From the NCBI GenBank assembly GCA_018713905.1, contig DVOC01000065.1, positions 1 through 54,979 on the forward strand: a DNA stretch of 54,979 bases. Reading direction: 5' to 3'. Origin of the DNA: Candidatus Fimimonas merdipullorum. Lineage in GTDB: Bacteria; Bacillota; Clostridia; Christensenellales; CAG-314. Positions 43,165-51,636 of the stretch are shown here, piece after piece; the first letter of the stretch is position 1, and each line of letters starts with the position of its first letter. The position numbers were made by a program, and so were the translations under genes. Under the pieces are notes generated by a model. That model did no database searches. It worked only from the letters and a program-made list of their open reading frames with translations, and was not told where the DNA came from.

Positions 43165-43761
43165 ATGAAAAACAACGTAAGACAGCCGCAGCAGGAGCGG
43201 TCGATAGAAAAGAAGAACAAAATTATACAAGCAGGCTACAAGCTGTTTGCCGAGGTGGGCTATCACGGCACCAACACGGCGGAAATTGCCAAAGAGGCGG
43301 GAGTTTCCACGGGGGCGGTGTACGACTACTTTTGCGACAAAAGGGACATTATGATAAGCGTGCTGCACCTGTACGTGGAAAACGCCAGCCGCCCCGTGAT
43401 GCAGATACTGACGGAGGCAAAGCCGCTGGACGTACCCAAGGTGGCGGCGGAAATTTTGGACAAAACGGTGAGCATTCACCGCGAAAACGCCCGACTGCAC
43501 AACACGTTGCACGCCCTTGCCGCCGCCGACGAGGCGGTGAACGCGGCGTTTATTGCGCTTGAAGACCACGTGACGCAAAAGGTGGCGGAGGCGCTTGCGG
43601 CAAACGGCATACAACGGCAGCATGCCGCGGAAAGGGTGCACCTTGCAATGAACATGATACAGAGCTTTGCGCACGAATACGTGTTTGACAAGCACGAATA
43701 CATAGACTACGCCGCCATGCGGGACATAGTGTGCAAGCAGATAGTGTCGCTTTTCGAGTGA
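43165..43761 (+). CDS. TetR/AcrR family transcriptional regulator
   Basis: N-terminal HTH: ERSIEKKNKIIQAGYKLFAEVGYHGTNTAEIAKEAGVSTGAVYDYFCDKRDI; 198 aa. Confidence 0.9.
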   Translation: MKNNVRQPQQERSIEKKNKIIQAGYKLFAEVGYHGTNTAEIAKEAGVSTGAVYDYFCDKRDIMISVLHLYVENASRPVMQILTEAKPLDVPKVAAEILDKTVSIHRENARLHNTLHALAAADEAVNAAFIALEDHVTQKVAEALAANGIQRQHAAERVHLAMNMIQSFAHEYVFDKHEYIDYAAMRDIVCKQIVSLFE

Positions 43762-43770
43762 CTTACAACG

Positions 43771-43797
43771 AAAAAACGGGTTCGCCCGTTTTTTTGT
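43771..43797 (+). terminator. Rho-independent terminator of the TetR gene
   Basis: AAACGGG-TTCG-CCCGTTT hairpin followed by TTTTTTG. Confidence 0.7.
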
Positions 43798-44395
43798 TGC
43801 CCTTTTTCCTGTTTTCCGTTGTCGTTTTGTGGTGTTTTGTCGCCGTTTTCAGTCCCGTGCTTGCAGTAATTTTGGCACAGAAGGTATTTTGTTTTGCAAA
43901 CGTATGAGATTTTTGGTGACGATCTGCCGACAGCAAGGGGTTTTACGCAGCAGCGCCTATGATTTTTTTAACGACTGTGGAAGAACCTTGGTGAAGGGAG
44001 TGGAAAATCACCTCTTTTGCGCAGAGAATTGCAAAGCCGCATTTGCAGGCGGACTGCACAAGAAAGATAAACGCCCGATAAGCTTTGCAACGTTTTTCCG
44101 CGCGAAATTTGAAAGTCACGCCTTTTCAAAATTACGTAGTAAATATTATTTTGCAAGCGACGGAATACATTCGCGGGCGCCACAATCGTTAAGGCTGCGG
44201 AGGAACTTGACGCACCGCACGACGAAATTGTGGGGCACAAAAACCGTCAAAAACTCAACGGCATATCCGATATGCCGACGGGCTCTCGCCCTGCCATAAG
44301 AAAAACGGCATATGCCGGATTTTGATGGGAGCATAGGTCAATATTGAAAATAAATTTGTAAGGCTTCCCTATTGGCGCACAGCCGCGCCTTATTT

Positions 44396-44910
44396 ACAAA
44401 ACAATTAAAGCCGATAGCGTAAACGCCCTGCACCTTCAAACACTTAAAGGCAAGGGCAACGATAGCCACCAGCACATATGCCCTTCAAAATACGTATAAA
44501 GCCGATAGCGTAAACGTCAGCCACCAACAAATACGCCAATCGCCCCACCGGCAAGGCGCGCCAGTCGCCCCACCGGCAAGGTGCGCTCGGCGCGTAGCCG
44601 CGGCAAAGTGAAACTCTTTTAGTGGAGAACTTAAACGTAAGCCACACACTCAAACGTCACTCGCCCCACCGGCAAGGTGCCACACCGGCAAGGTGCGCTC
44701 GGCGCGTAGCCGCGGCAAGGTGAAACTCTTTTAGTGGAGAACTCAAGCGTAAGCCACACACTCAAACGTCGCTCGCCCCACCGGCGAGGTGCCACACCGG
44801 CAAGGTGCGCCGGCAAAACAACTTAAAGCCGATAGCGTAAACGTCGGCAACAAGCATATACGCCACTCGCCTCGCCGGCAAGGCGCGCCAGTCGCCCCAC
44901 CGGCAAGGTG
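44396..44910 (+). repeat. Array R4 of the modular repeat family (5-6 units, includes a 112-bp tandem duplication)
   Basis: GTGCGCTCGGCGCGTAGCCGCGGCAAnGTGAAACTCTTTTAGTGGAGAACT...CTCGCCCCACCGGCnAGGTGCCACACCGGCAAG occurs at 44581 and again at 44693. The terminal unit 44805-44871 is identical to 42665-42731. Confidence 0.85.
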
Positions 44911-44940
44911 AAAAATGCCCGCTATCGTAGATAGGGGGCA
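44911..44940 (-). terminator. Rho-independent terminator of the asnS-aspS operon
   Basis: Minus-strand GCCCCCTATC-TAC-GATAGCGGGC hairpin (one mismatch) followed by ATTTTTC. Directly abuts array R4. Confidence 0.5.
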
Positions 44941-44986
44941 TAATAGGTTATTATAGATGATTTTGCCGAAAACCGCACAGGCAGGT

Positions 44987-46285
44987 TTAGGGCTTGAGGC
45001 GGTTAGGCCCGCGGAAGAGGAAGGTGACGTCCTTTACGCTGGGCAGCTCGAACAGCTTAACCAGAGTGCGGGTGATACCCAGTCCGAAGCCGCCGTGAGT
45101 GGGCGCGCCGTAGCGGAAAAATTCCAGATACTCGCTCATGACGGCGGGATCGATGCCCTGTTCGGCAATGTTTTGTTTAAGCCGCTCGTAACGGTGCTCG
45201 CGCTGTGCGCCGCTGGTTATCTCTATGCCGCGGAACAGCAGGTCGTAGGTTTTGGTGATTTCGGGGTTATCCTCGTACTTCATAGAGTAGAAGGCTCTCG
45301 CTTTGGCGGGGAAGTCGGTGATAAACACGAAGTCGCTGCCGTACTTTTCCTTTACGTAGCGGCAGATAAGGCGCTCGCCGTCGGGATCGAGGTCGCCTTT
45401 CAGGGCACGGGGAACCTCGTGCCCCATTTGGTTTTTCAGAATATCGTACGCCTCGTACAGCGTTATGCGGGGAATTTTGCAGTCTATGTCCAGAATATCC
45501 TTGCCGAAGTACTTTTTGTACTCGTCGTTATACTGCTTTTTTATTCCCTTGACGATATACGTAAGCAGTTTTTCTTCCAGATCCATCACTTCGTGGTGAG
45601 ATTCGATAAAGGAAATTTCCACGTCTATGCCGGTAAATTCCGTGTCGTGACGGTTGGTAAAGCTGGGGTTGGCGCGGAAGTATTCGCCTATCTCGAAGGT
45701 CTTGTCGAAGCCCGCCATCATGCTCATCTGCTTGTACAGCTGAGGGCTTTGGGTGAGGTAGGCTTTTTGTCCGAAGTAGTCTTTAAGCTCGAACACCTCG
45801 CTGCCCCCTTCGCTGGAAAGCGCCGTGATTTTGGGGGTGTGGATCTCTATGAAGCCGTTGTCGTTGAAAAATTCCACGGCGTACTTTTCAAACGCCGTCT
45901 GAATTTTGAAGAGGAAGGTCTTTTTGTCGTCGCGCAGGTCTATCCAGCGATAGTCCATTCGGAGATCCTGACCGCTGTCCGCCTGAATGGGCAGCACGTC
46001 GGCTATACTCATTATTTCCAGCGCAGTGGGATAAATTTCCTTGCCGCCGTTGCGCACGTAGGTGGAGAACACGCACTGTCCCTCTACCGTGACGAAGCTG
46101 TGCGGAGTAAGTTCTTTTGCCTGTTCGTACACGTCGGGGCACTTGTCCTTTTCCACCGTCACCTGCACGCTGCCGGTAACGTCGCGTATTACCAAAAACA
46201 TTATTTTTTTGTCGCGAATGGTTTCCACCATTCCCTTTATTTTGCATTGACCTTCGGTCAGATCCTTTATATACGTTCTGTTCAT
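44987..46285 (-). CDS. aspS: Aspartate--tRNA ligase, archaeal/eukaryal-type (short class IIb, 432 aa)
   Basis: OB-fold N domain; class II motif 2 FRANPSFTNRHDTEFTGIDVEISF; motif 3 GGFGLGITRTLV; C-terminal ...FRGPNRLKP resembles the archaeal-type AspRS ending. Lacks the about 130-aa bacterial insertion domain. Confidence 0.8.
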   Translation of the reverse strand: MNRTYIKDLTEGQCKIKGMVETIRDKKIMFLVIRDVTGSVQVTVEKDKCPDVYEQAKELTPHSFVTVEGQCVFSTYVRNGGKEIYPTALEIMSIADVLPIQADSGQDLRMDYRWIDLRDDKKTFLFKIQTAFEKYAVEFFNDNGFIEIHTPKITALSSEGGSEVFELKDYFGQKAYLTQSPQLYKQMSMMAGFDKTFEIGEYFRANPSFTNRHDTEFTGIDVEISFIESHHEVMDLEEKLLTYIVKGIKKQYNDEYKKYFGKDILDIDCKIPRITLYEAYDILKNQMGHEVPRALKGDLDPDGERLICRYVKEKYGSDFVFITDFPAKARAFYSMKYEDNPEITKTYDLLFRGIEITSGAQREHRYERLKQNIAEQGIDPAVMSEYLEFFRYGAPTHGGFGLGITRTLVKLFELPSVKDVTFLFRGPNRLKP

Positions 46286-46300
46286 TATTTATTCTCCTTG

Positions 46301-47680
46301 TCAGCGAAGTTCGTTTTTGGCGCGGGGGAAGGCGATGGTATCGCGTATGTTGCCCATACCGGTGACGTACATCAGAATACGCTCCAATCCCAGCCCGAAG
46401 CCGCTGTGAGGCACGCTGCCGTACCTGCGCAGATCCAGATAGTTTTTGTAGTCGTCCAGCTTCATATGGCGGTCGGTAATGGCTTTAAGCAGCTTGTCGT
46501 AGTCCGCCTCGCGCTCGCTGCACCCTATTATTTCGCCCACGCCCGGCACAAGCAGGTCTGTGGCGGCGACGGTGCGCCCGTCGACATTTTGCTTCATATA
46601 GAAGGACTTTATATCCTTGGGGTAGTTTACCACAAACACGGGACGCTTGTACACCACGTCGGTGAGGTAGCGCTCGTGCTCCGTTTGCAGATCCTTGCCC
46701 CAATCGACGGGATACTGGAAGCTCTGACCGCTATTTTTTAGTATCTCCACCGCCTGTGCGTAGTCCACCACGGCGAAGTCGTTGTCCACCACGTTACGCA
46801 GCTTTTCGCGCAGTCCCTGTTCGTAAAATTTTTCCAAAAAGGCAAGTTCCTCGCCGCAGCCGTCCAGCACCGACGCAATTATGTGCTTGATAAAATCGGT
46901 GGCTATTTCCATGATGTCGGGCAACTCGGCAAAAGCCACTTCCGGCTCTATCTGCCAGAACTCCGCCGCGTGCCGCGTGGTGTTGCTGTTTTCCGCGCGG
47001 AAGGTGGGGCCGAAGGTATAAATTTTGCCGAAAGCCGTAGCCATAACTTCCCCTTCCAGCTGACCGGACACGGTGAGTCCGGCGCGCTGACCGAAAAAGT
47101 CCTTGGCGTCGTATTCCTGCTGCGTCTTGACGGAGGGATCGAACCCTACGGTAGTCACCTGAAAGATTTCCCCCGCGCCCTCGCAGTCGCTGCCCGTAAT
47201 TATGGGCGTGTGCACGTACAGAAAGCCTCTTTGCTGAAAAAATTCGTGTATGGCGGCGGAAAGCTTGCTGCGTATGCGGAAAACGGCGTTGAAGGTGTTG
47301 GTGCGCACCCGAAGATGTGGCAGCGTGCGCAAAAAGTCCAGCGACGTTTTGGTTTTCTGAATGGGATAGTCCTGCGGACACGCCCCCAAAAGAGTGACTT
47401 GCGAAGCGTTTACCTCCACCGCCTGATTGGCGTTGAAAGATTTTACCGCAACGCCCTTTACCGCTACCGACGCGCCGGTAGACAGCGCCGAAAGGTCGGC
47501 AGAGCAGGAATTTTTGTCCACCACTATTTGCAGGTGCTGCAAGCTCGTGCCGTCGTTCAACGCCATAAACGCCATATTTTTGCCGTCGCGGAAGGTGCGT
47601 ATCCAGCCGCACACCGTGACGTCTTTGTCAAAGTAGCTTTCGGGGCTGCCCAGAATAAGACTTATATCCGTGTGTTTCAT
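46301..47680 (-). CDS. asnS: Asparagine--tRNA ligase
   Basis: FRAENSNTTRHAAEFWQIEPEVAF (AsnRS motif 2) and GSVPHSGFGLGLERILMYVTG (motif 3); 459 aa. Sits 15 nt upstream of aspS. Confidence 0.9.
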   Translation of the reverse strand: MKHTDISLILGSPESYFDKDVTVCGWIRTFRDGKNMAFMALNDGTSLQHLQIVVDKNSCSADLSALSTGASVAVKGVAVKSFNANQAVEVNASQVTLLGACPQDYPIQKTKTSLDFLRTLPHLRVRTNTFNAVFRIRSKLSAAIHEFFQQRGFLYVHTPIITGSDCEGAGEIFQVTTVGFDPSVKTQQEYDAKDFFGQRAGLTVSGQLEGEVMATAFGKIYTFGPTFRAENSNTTRHAAEFWQIEPEVAFAELPDIMEIATDFIKHIIASVLDGCGEELAFLEKFYEQGLREKLRNVVDNDFAVVDYAQAVEILKNSGQSFQYPVDWGKDLQTEHERYLTDVVYKRPVFVVNYPKDIKSFYMKQNVDGRTVAATDLLVPGVGEIIGCSEREADYDKLLKAITDRHMKLDDYKNYLDLRRYGSVPHSGFGLGLERILMYVTGMGNIRDTIAFPRAKNELR

Positions 47681-47712
47681 ATTTACCTCTTGCGGATTTA
47701 CCGCTACCGATT

Positions 47713-47741
47713 ATTATAACATCGGGCAAAAGCGTTGTCAA
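47713..47741 (-). promoter_or_regulatory. Promoter of asnS-aspS (TTGACA-17-TATAAT)
   Basis: Minus strand: TTGACA (47741-47736), 17-nt spacer, TATAAT (47718-47713). The leader is only about 25 nt. Confidence 0.55.
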
Positions 47742-47783
47742 TTATTGTACCTTCGTTTGAAAGAGTTGCACGCCCTTTTTACG

Positions 47784-47814
47784 GAAAAAATGCGCCGCAG
47801 TTACTCTGCGACGC
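47784..47814 (-). terminator. Rho-independent terminator of the M6-like protease gene
   Basis: Minus-strand GCGUCGCAG-AGUAA-CUGCGGCGC (9 bp, one G-U pair) followed by AUUUUUUCC, 25 nt after the stop. Confidence 0.6.
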
Positions 47815-47838
47815 ACCTTGCCGAAGGAAACGCGCCCG

Positions 47839-50733
47839 TCAGTCAACAAAAGTTACCGTTACCGTGGCGCTTTGGTTGGTGATACTTTCCACCTTTACGT
47901 CGAAATTTACGGCTTTGCCGTCGTTGCGGCAGTAGTTGAACACCGCAGACAGACTGCCGCCCGCCTGCCACAAGTCGCTTGCCGCGGCGTAGCCGTTGGT
48001 GCTGCGGAACTTGGTTTCGCCGTCCGCCTCCACCAGCTTGAGCAGCGGCTCGGAGGTGAGAGAGTTGTTGCAGTCGGTAAAGGAGCCGTATTCGTCGGAA
48101 TAGGGGTTATTTGCCCACCCCGTCACGTGGTAGATACGCACGCCCTTTTGCGCCCCGCCGTAAAGCAGGCTGTCCGGCTGCATTGCGTGCATCTGGTTGA
48201 GCCCGGTCGCCGTGTAGAAGTCTATCAGCAGGTACTCGGAAAAATAGGAGTTGTCGAAGTTGAGCATTATAAGCAGGCAGTCGCCGCTTTCGGCAAAGGG
48301 GGACAGCGTAAAGGTGCCGTTTTGCGTGACTATCTGCGGAGTCGTCCACCCCAGCATTATTTTGGAATAGGCGCTGTGGTCGCCCACCGTGTAGTCCATC
48401 ATATCGGCGCCGCCCACACCCTCGTCGCTGCCGCTGTCGGGATAGTAGTCGTAGTAGTCGTCCAGCCCCAAAAGGTGCCCCGTTTCGTGAATATAGGTAG
48501 AGGCGTTTATTTGCAGCCCGTCTATTTTGCCGTTGTATTCAAAACCGTCGGCTCTGTCGGCGTCCTCGTCCATAAAGTCAAAACCGGCAAACAGATAGTA
48601 GTAGGCGTCCAGCCCGTCGTACTGTTCGGCGCCCATATACCACGTTACGTACGCCCAATAGAAGGAGTCGGCGGAATAGTCCACGTCGGCGGAATAGATG
48701 AGGTACACCGCGTCTATGCAGCCGTCGCCGTTGGAGTCGTACTGCGAAAGGTCTATTCTGCCTTCCAGCCACGCCAGCACTTCCCTGAACAAGGCGTCGC
48801 TGCCGTACTCGGTGTATTGGTAGTCGCCGTCGGAAACCGTTTCGTTGTAGTTGGCGTAGTAGGAGGAGTTGTGCTGCGCCGTGTAGACGGAATTTACCCC
48901 CGCAAGGTTGTAGCCGGCAATATCGAAGCTGACGTTCAGCTTGCCGTAGGAAGATGCGGCGTAGTAGGTGTTGACGCTTTGCCAGCCCGTGTCGTCGCCG
49001 CTGCCGTTGAAGGCAAGGTTGAGCTTGTTCAGATCCGCCGAGGTTATCGCCGCCACGTCGGAAAACTGCACCGGCACCACAAGGCAGTCGTAGGTGCCCT
49101 GCGAGGGCAGTCCCACCACGTTTTCGTACCCCATAAGCTTGTCCTGCAAGCGAGAATCGTCAAAGGTCTGCTCATCGTAGCTTTGCGACGGCATGACGTT
49201 GCCTTCGCCACCGCCGCCAAGCTTGCCGTTTATCGACACGGCGGAGATATACATGGATTTTTCCGTGTTGGTGGGGGTAAGAACTATCGTCACAAGCCCG
49301 CTCGCCTGCCCGTCAGGCACAAAGTTTAGGGTGGTGTTTTCGGAAAAATGCGTCTGCTGCGCCACCATCACTTCCGTCTGCCCGTCGCATTTGAGAGCGG
49401 CGCTGCCCACAAACACCTGAACCGTCATTCCCGTAGAGCAGTTGGTGGCTACAATTACGCTTACCGTGGTCACTTCCGTGACGGAAGCCTCGGAAACTAT
49501 GGTTACCGCGCCGTTTCTTTGCAGAAACTGCACGCCGCGGTTGCCGTCGAAGCCGTTGGACACGGCGTCCGTCGTGTAGCCCAGCTGCCCCGCCGCCACC
49601 GTAAGGCGGTTGTCGGTAAACACCGATTTCATATCCGTCGCCGACTCTACGTCCTCGCCGCCCGTGCCGCCGCTGCCGTCGTCGGGCAAAGTGAACGAGG
49701 CGTTGCCGTAGTCGGAAAATTCCGCCACGAACAGGTAGCTGCCGCCGTACTCTGCGGAGGTGTCGCTCTGCTCCGCCACTATCTTGGCTATTTTGCCCTG
49801 CTCCACGTACAGCGCAAGGGACGTCCACGTGCTGTCTTCGTACTCGCCGAAAATCAGGTTGCCCGCCGCATTTGCGTCCGCCGCAGCGTAGCCGTCGCCG
49901 TCGGCAACGAATTTAAGACTGCCCAACCCCTGAACGTTTACGTAATCCATAGAGTAGTAATAGTCCATAAAGTAGGCGTCCGTCTGGTCTATTACGGTAT
50001 AACTGCCGCCGCCGTTGTCGTAGTAGTAGAAGTAACCGTTCAGGTCCGCCCTGTATTCCAAGTAGTCGGTGTACCACGCGCCTTCGTATTCGTACGTCAT
50101 AGCCACGTCGTCGCCGTACATTTTCAAGGTGTCGGTGTAGCTTACTTCCCCTTCGTAATACATGGTGTACTGCACCTTGAAGTTGTACAGGCTTGCGTCT
50201 TCGTACTGCGCAAACACGTCGGAAAGGTCGGCGTCCTCGCCAATGGCGGGGTTGCTCCACTTGGCGTACACGTCCACGTTGCCCGAAAGGCTTTGCGGCA
50301 CGCTCCACGGAATTGTGCATGCGCTGTCGGCATACCAGCCGCCGAACACCATGCTGCCGTTGGTGGGCTGCGCCGGCAATGCAAAGTTGTCGTCGAAACG
50401 CACCACTGTGCTTTCGTCGCCGTTTTGCGGATGGAAAATTACGTAATACGCCGTCTGCGGCTCGCCCCACTTGGCGTACACCACCACGTTTTGGCTTAGG
50501 CTTTCAGGAACGCTCCACGGCGTGGTGCCTTGCTTGTCGGCAAACCACCCCAAAAATTGCTTGTCGCCGTTGGTGGGCTGCGCCGGCAACGTAAAGTTGT
50601 CGTCAAATGCCACCGTCTGCGGCTGCGTGCCGTTTTGCGCGTCGAACGTCACCGTAAAGGTGAGCGGCTGACACGCCGTAAGCACCAGACACAGCAACAG
50701 CACCGTTGCCGTTACAAAAGACAGTTTTTTCAT
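47839..50733 (-). CDS. Secreted lipoprotein: two Listeria-Bacteroides (Flg_new) repeats, an unknown middle region and an M6/immune-inhibitor-A-like metalloprotease domain
   Basis: Signal peptide plus lipobox (MKKLSFVTATVLLLCLVLTAC). Two repeats of TVxFDxQNG...FxLPAQPTNGxxxFxGWFAD...PW. HETGHLLGLDDYYDY zinc motif in the C-terminal half. Start set to ATG 50733 (AGGAG 5 nt upstream). Confidence 0.8.
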   Translation of the reverse strand: MKKLSFVTATVLLLCLVLTACQPLTFTVTFDAQNGTQPQTVAFDDNFTLPAQPTNGDKQFLGWFADKQGTTPWSVPESLSQNVVVYAKWGEPQTAYYVIFHPQNGDESTVVRFDDNFALPAQPTNGSMVFGGWYADSACTIPWSVPQSLSGNVDVYAKWSNPAIGEDADLSDVFAQYEDASLYNFKVQYTMYYEGEVSYTDTLKMYGDDVAMTYEYEGAWYTDYLEYRADLNGYFYYYDNGGGSYTVIDQTDAYFMDYYYSMDYVNVQGLGSLKFVADGDGYAAADANAAGNLIFGEYEDSTWTSLALYVEQGKIAKIVAEQSDTSAEYGGSYLFVAEFSDYGNASFTLPDDGSGGTGGEDVESATDMKSVFTDNRLTVAAGQLGYTTDAVSNGFDGNRGVQFLQRNGAVTIVSEASVTEVTTVSVIVATNCSTGMTVQVFVGSAALKCDGQTEVMVAQQTHFSENTTLNFVPDGQASGLVTIVLTPTNTEKSMYISAVSINGKLGGGGEGNVMPSQSYDEQTFDDSRLQDKLMGYENVVGLPSQGTYDCLVVPVQFSDVAAITSADLNKLNLAFNGSGDDTGWQSVNTYYAASSYGKLNVSFDIAGYNLAGVNSVYTAQHNSSYYANYNETVSDGDYQYTEYGSDALFREVLAWLEGRIDLSQYDSNGDGCIDAVYLIYSADVDYSADSFYWAYVTWYMGAEQYDGLDAYYYLFAGFDFMDEDADRADGFEYNGKIDGLQINASTYIHETGHLLGLDDYYDYYPDSGSDEGVGGADMMDYTVGDHSAYSKIMLGWTTPQIVTQNGTFTLSPFAESGDCLLIMLNFDNSYFSEYLLIDFYTATGLNQMHAMQPDSLLYGGAQKGVRIYHVTGWANNPYSDEYGSFTDCNNSLTSEPLLKLVEADGETKFRSTNGYAAASDLWQAGGSLSAVFNYCRNDGKAVNFDVKVESITNQSATVTVTFVD

Positions 50734-50775
50734 ATGCACTCCTGCGGCGCAAACTGCGCCTGTCGTTATGCCTAC

Positions 50776-50804
50776 ATTTTACTATCTCGCACGCCACTTG
50801 TCAA
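50776..50804 (-). promoter_or_regulatory. Promoter of the protease gene (TTGACA-17-TAAAAT)
   Basis: Minus strand: TTGACA (50804-50799), 17-nt spacer, TAAAAT (50781-50776). The -35 is the terminal hexamer of array R5, identical to the metK case. Confidence 0.55.
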
Positions 50805-51079
50805 CTCACCTTGCCGCACCTTGCCGCACCTCGCCGGTGAGGCGAGTAGCGTATTTGCTTGTGCCTGACGTTTACGCTATCGGCTTCAAGTTGTTTTTTT
50901 TGTGAGACGCCTTGCCGCACCTTGCCGGTGGGGCACCTCGCCGGTGGGGCGACCGGCGTATTTGCTTATGCCTGACGTTTACGCTATCGGCTTTAAGTTG
51001 CAGCATTCGCCCTGCAAGCACCGTCGGATTGTTGCCCCGCAAGCGCTTTTGACACAAAAACTCGCCACCGTATGCAAAA
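50799..51079 (-). repeat. Array R5 of the modular repeat family (2 units) plus an about 80-bp tail shared only with R6
   Basis: Two copies of gcctgacgtttacgctatcggcttnaagtt with caccttgcc/cacctcgcc mini-repeats. The tail 50997-51079 (ttgcagcattcgccctgcaagcaccgtcggattgttgccccgcaagcgcttttg...) recurs at 52998-53080. Confidence 0.85.
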
Positions 51080-51097
51080 ACTCCGCACAAGGCGGAG
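51074..51097 (-). terminator. Candidate terminator of the low-GC three-gene operon
   Basis: Minus-strand CTCCGC-CTTGT-GCGGAG hairpin followed by TTTTTGCAT, 44 nt after the stop at 51141. Confidence 0.45.
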
Positions 51098-51140
51098 CTT
51101 TTGCGTTTAACGTTGCGGCGTTCTGTTCGTCGAGAATATG

Positions 51141-51626
51141 CTATTTTGTCGCTTTAACGTTTATGATAAGCGTCAATTCTCTGTCGGGAAATTCATTTTC
51201 TCCCCAGACAGAAATTTTACGGATATATTGTCCCGGCGTATCTATTTCACTATACGGATCGGGCACATTGCCGTATCTCTCTATATATCTGTATGCTGTA
51301 TATGTGACGCGTATCGGTTCACCTGCCCCTCCTGAACCGGCAGGTGTAAACCAACTGTTATATCTCGGATCGCCGGGTACGCGAATTAATCCCTCTCCAA
51401 ACCACACGTATTCCGTCAAGTAATCCACGGTTATTTCTATCTTGTCCGTTTTGTCGTCGAAAACTATTTCCACTGGAAACGCGTACTCTATTTTAGACTC
51501 CCGTTCACCATAATAGAATGTCGGCTTAAACCAAACTGCCGGTTCGTATTTGTCGTAACATGCGGCAAGGGAGAAAGCCGCAACGAGCAACAATACCGAC
51601 ACTAAAACTACCGCTAACTTTTTCAT
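51141..51626 (-). CDS. Lipoprotein of unknown function (161 aa), low-GC island gene 3
   Basis: Signal peptide plus lipobox MKKLAVVLVSVLLLVAAFSLAAC. GAGGAGGG RBS. AT-rich codon usage unlike the flanking genes. I recognise no family. Confidence 0.65.
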   Translation of the reverse strand: MKKLAVVLVSVLLLVAAFSLAACYDKYEPAVWFKPTFYYGERESKIEYAFPVEIVFDDKTDKIEITVDYLTEYVWFGEGLIRVPGDPRYNSWFTPAGSGGAGEPIRVTYTAYRYIERYGNVPDPYSEIDTPGQYIRKISVWGENEFPDRELTLIINVKATK

Positions 51627-51636
51627 GATGCCCTCC

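Noticed and set aside
43829-44299. 156-aa ORF in the gene-free gap after the TetR gene.
   Set aside because: It has no RBS and an atypical Arg/Cys/Phe-rich composition, and I recognise no family. It is kept only as part of the ORF-poor-spacer finding.
44957-46741. 594-aa plus-strand ORF spanning both aspS and asnS.
   Set aside because: It is in exact antisense register with both tRNA-ligase genes (offsets of 30 and 1344 nt, both multiples of 3). It crosses their intergenic gap only by chance. It has no motifs and a biased composition.
47681-47838. T-box leader upstream of asnS-aspS.
   Set aside because: Only 158 nt separate asnS from the upstream gene, and they are occupied by that gene's terminator and a promoter about 25 nt from the ATG. 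There is no specifier hairpin or T-box sequence.
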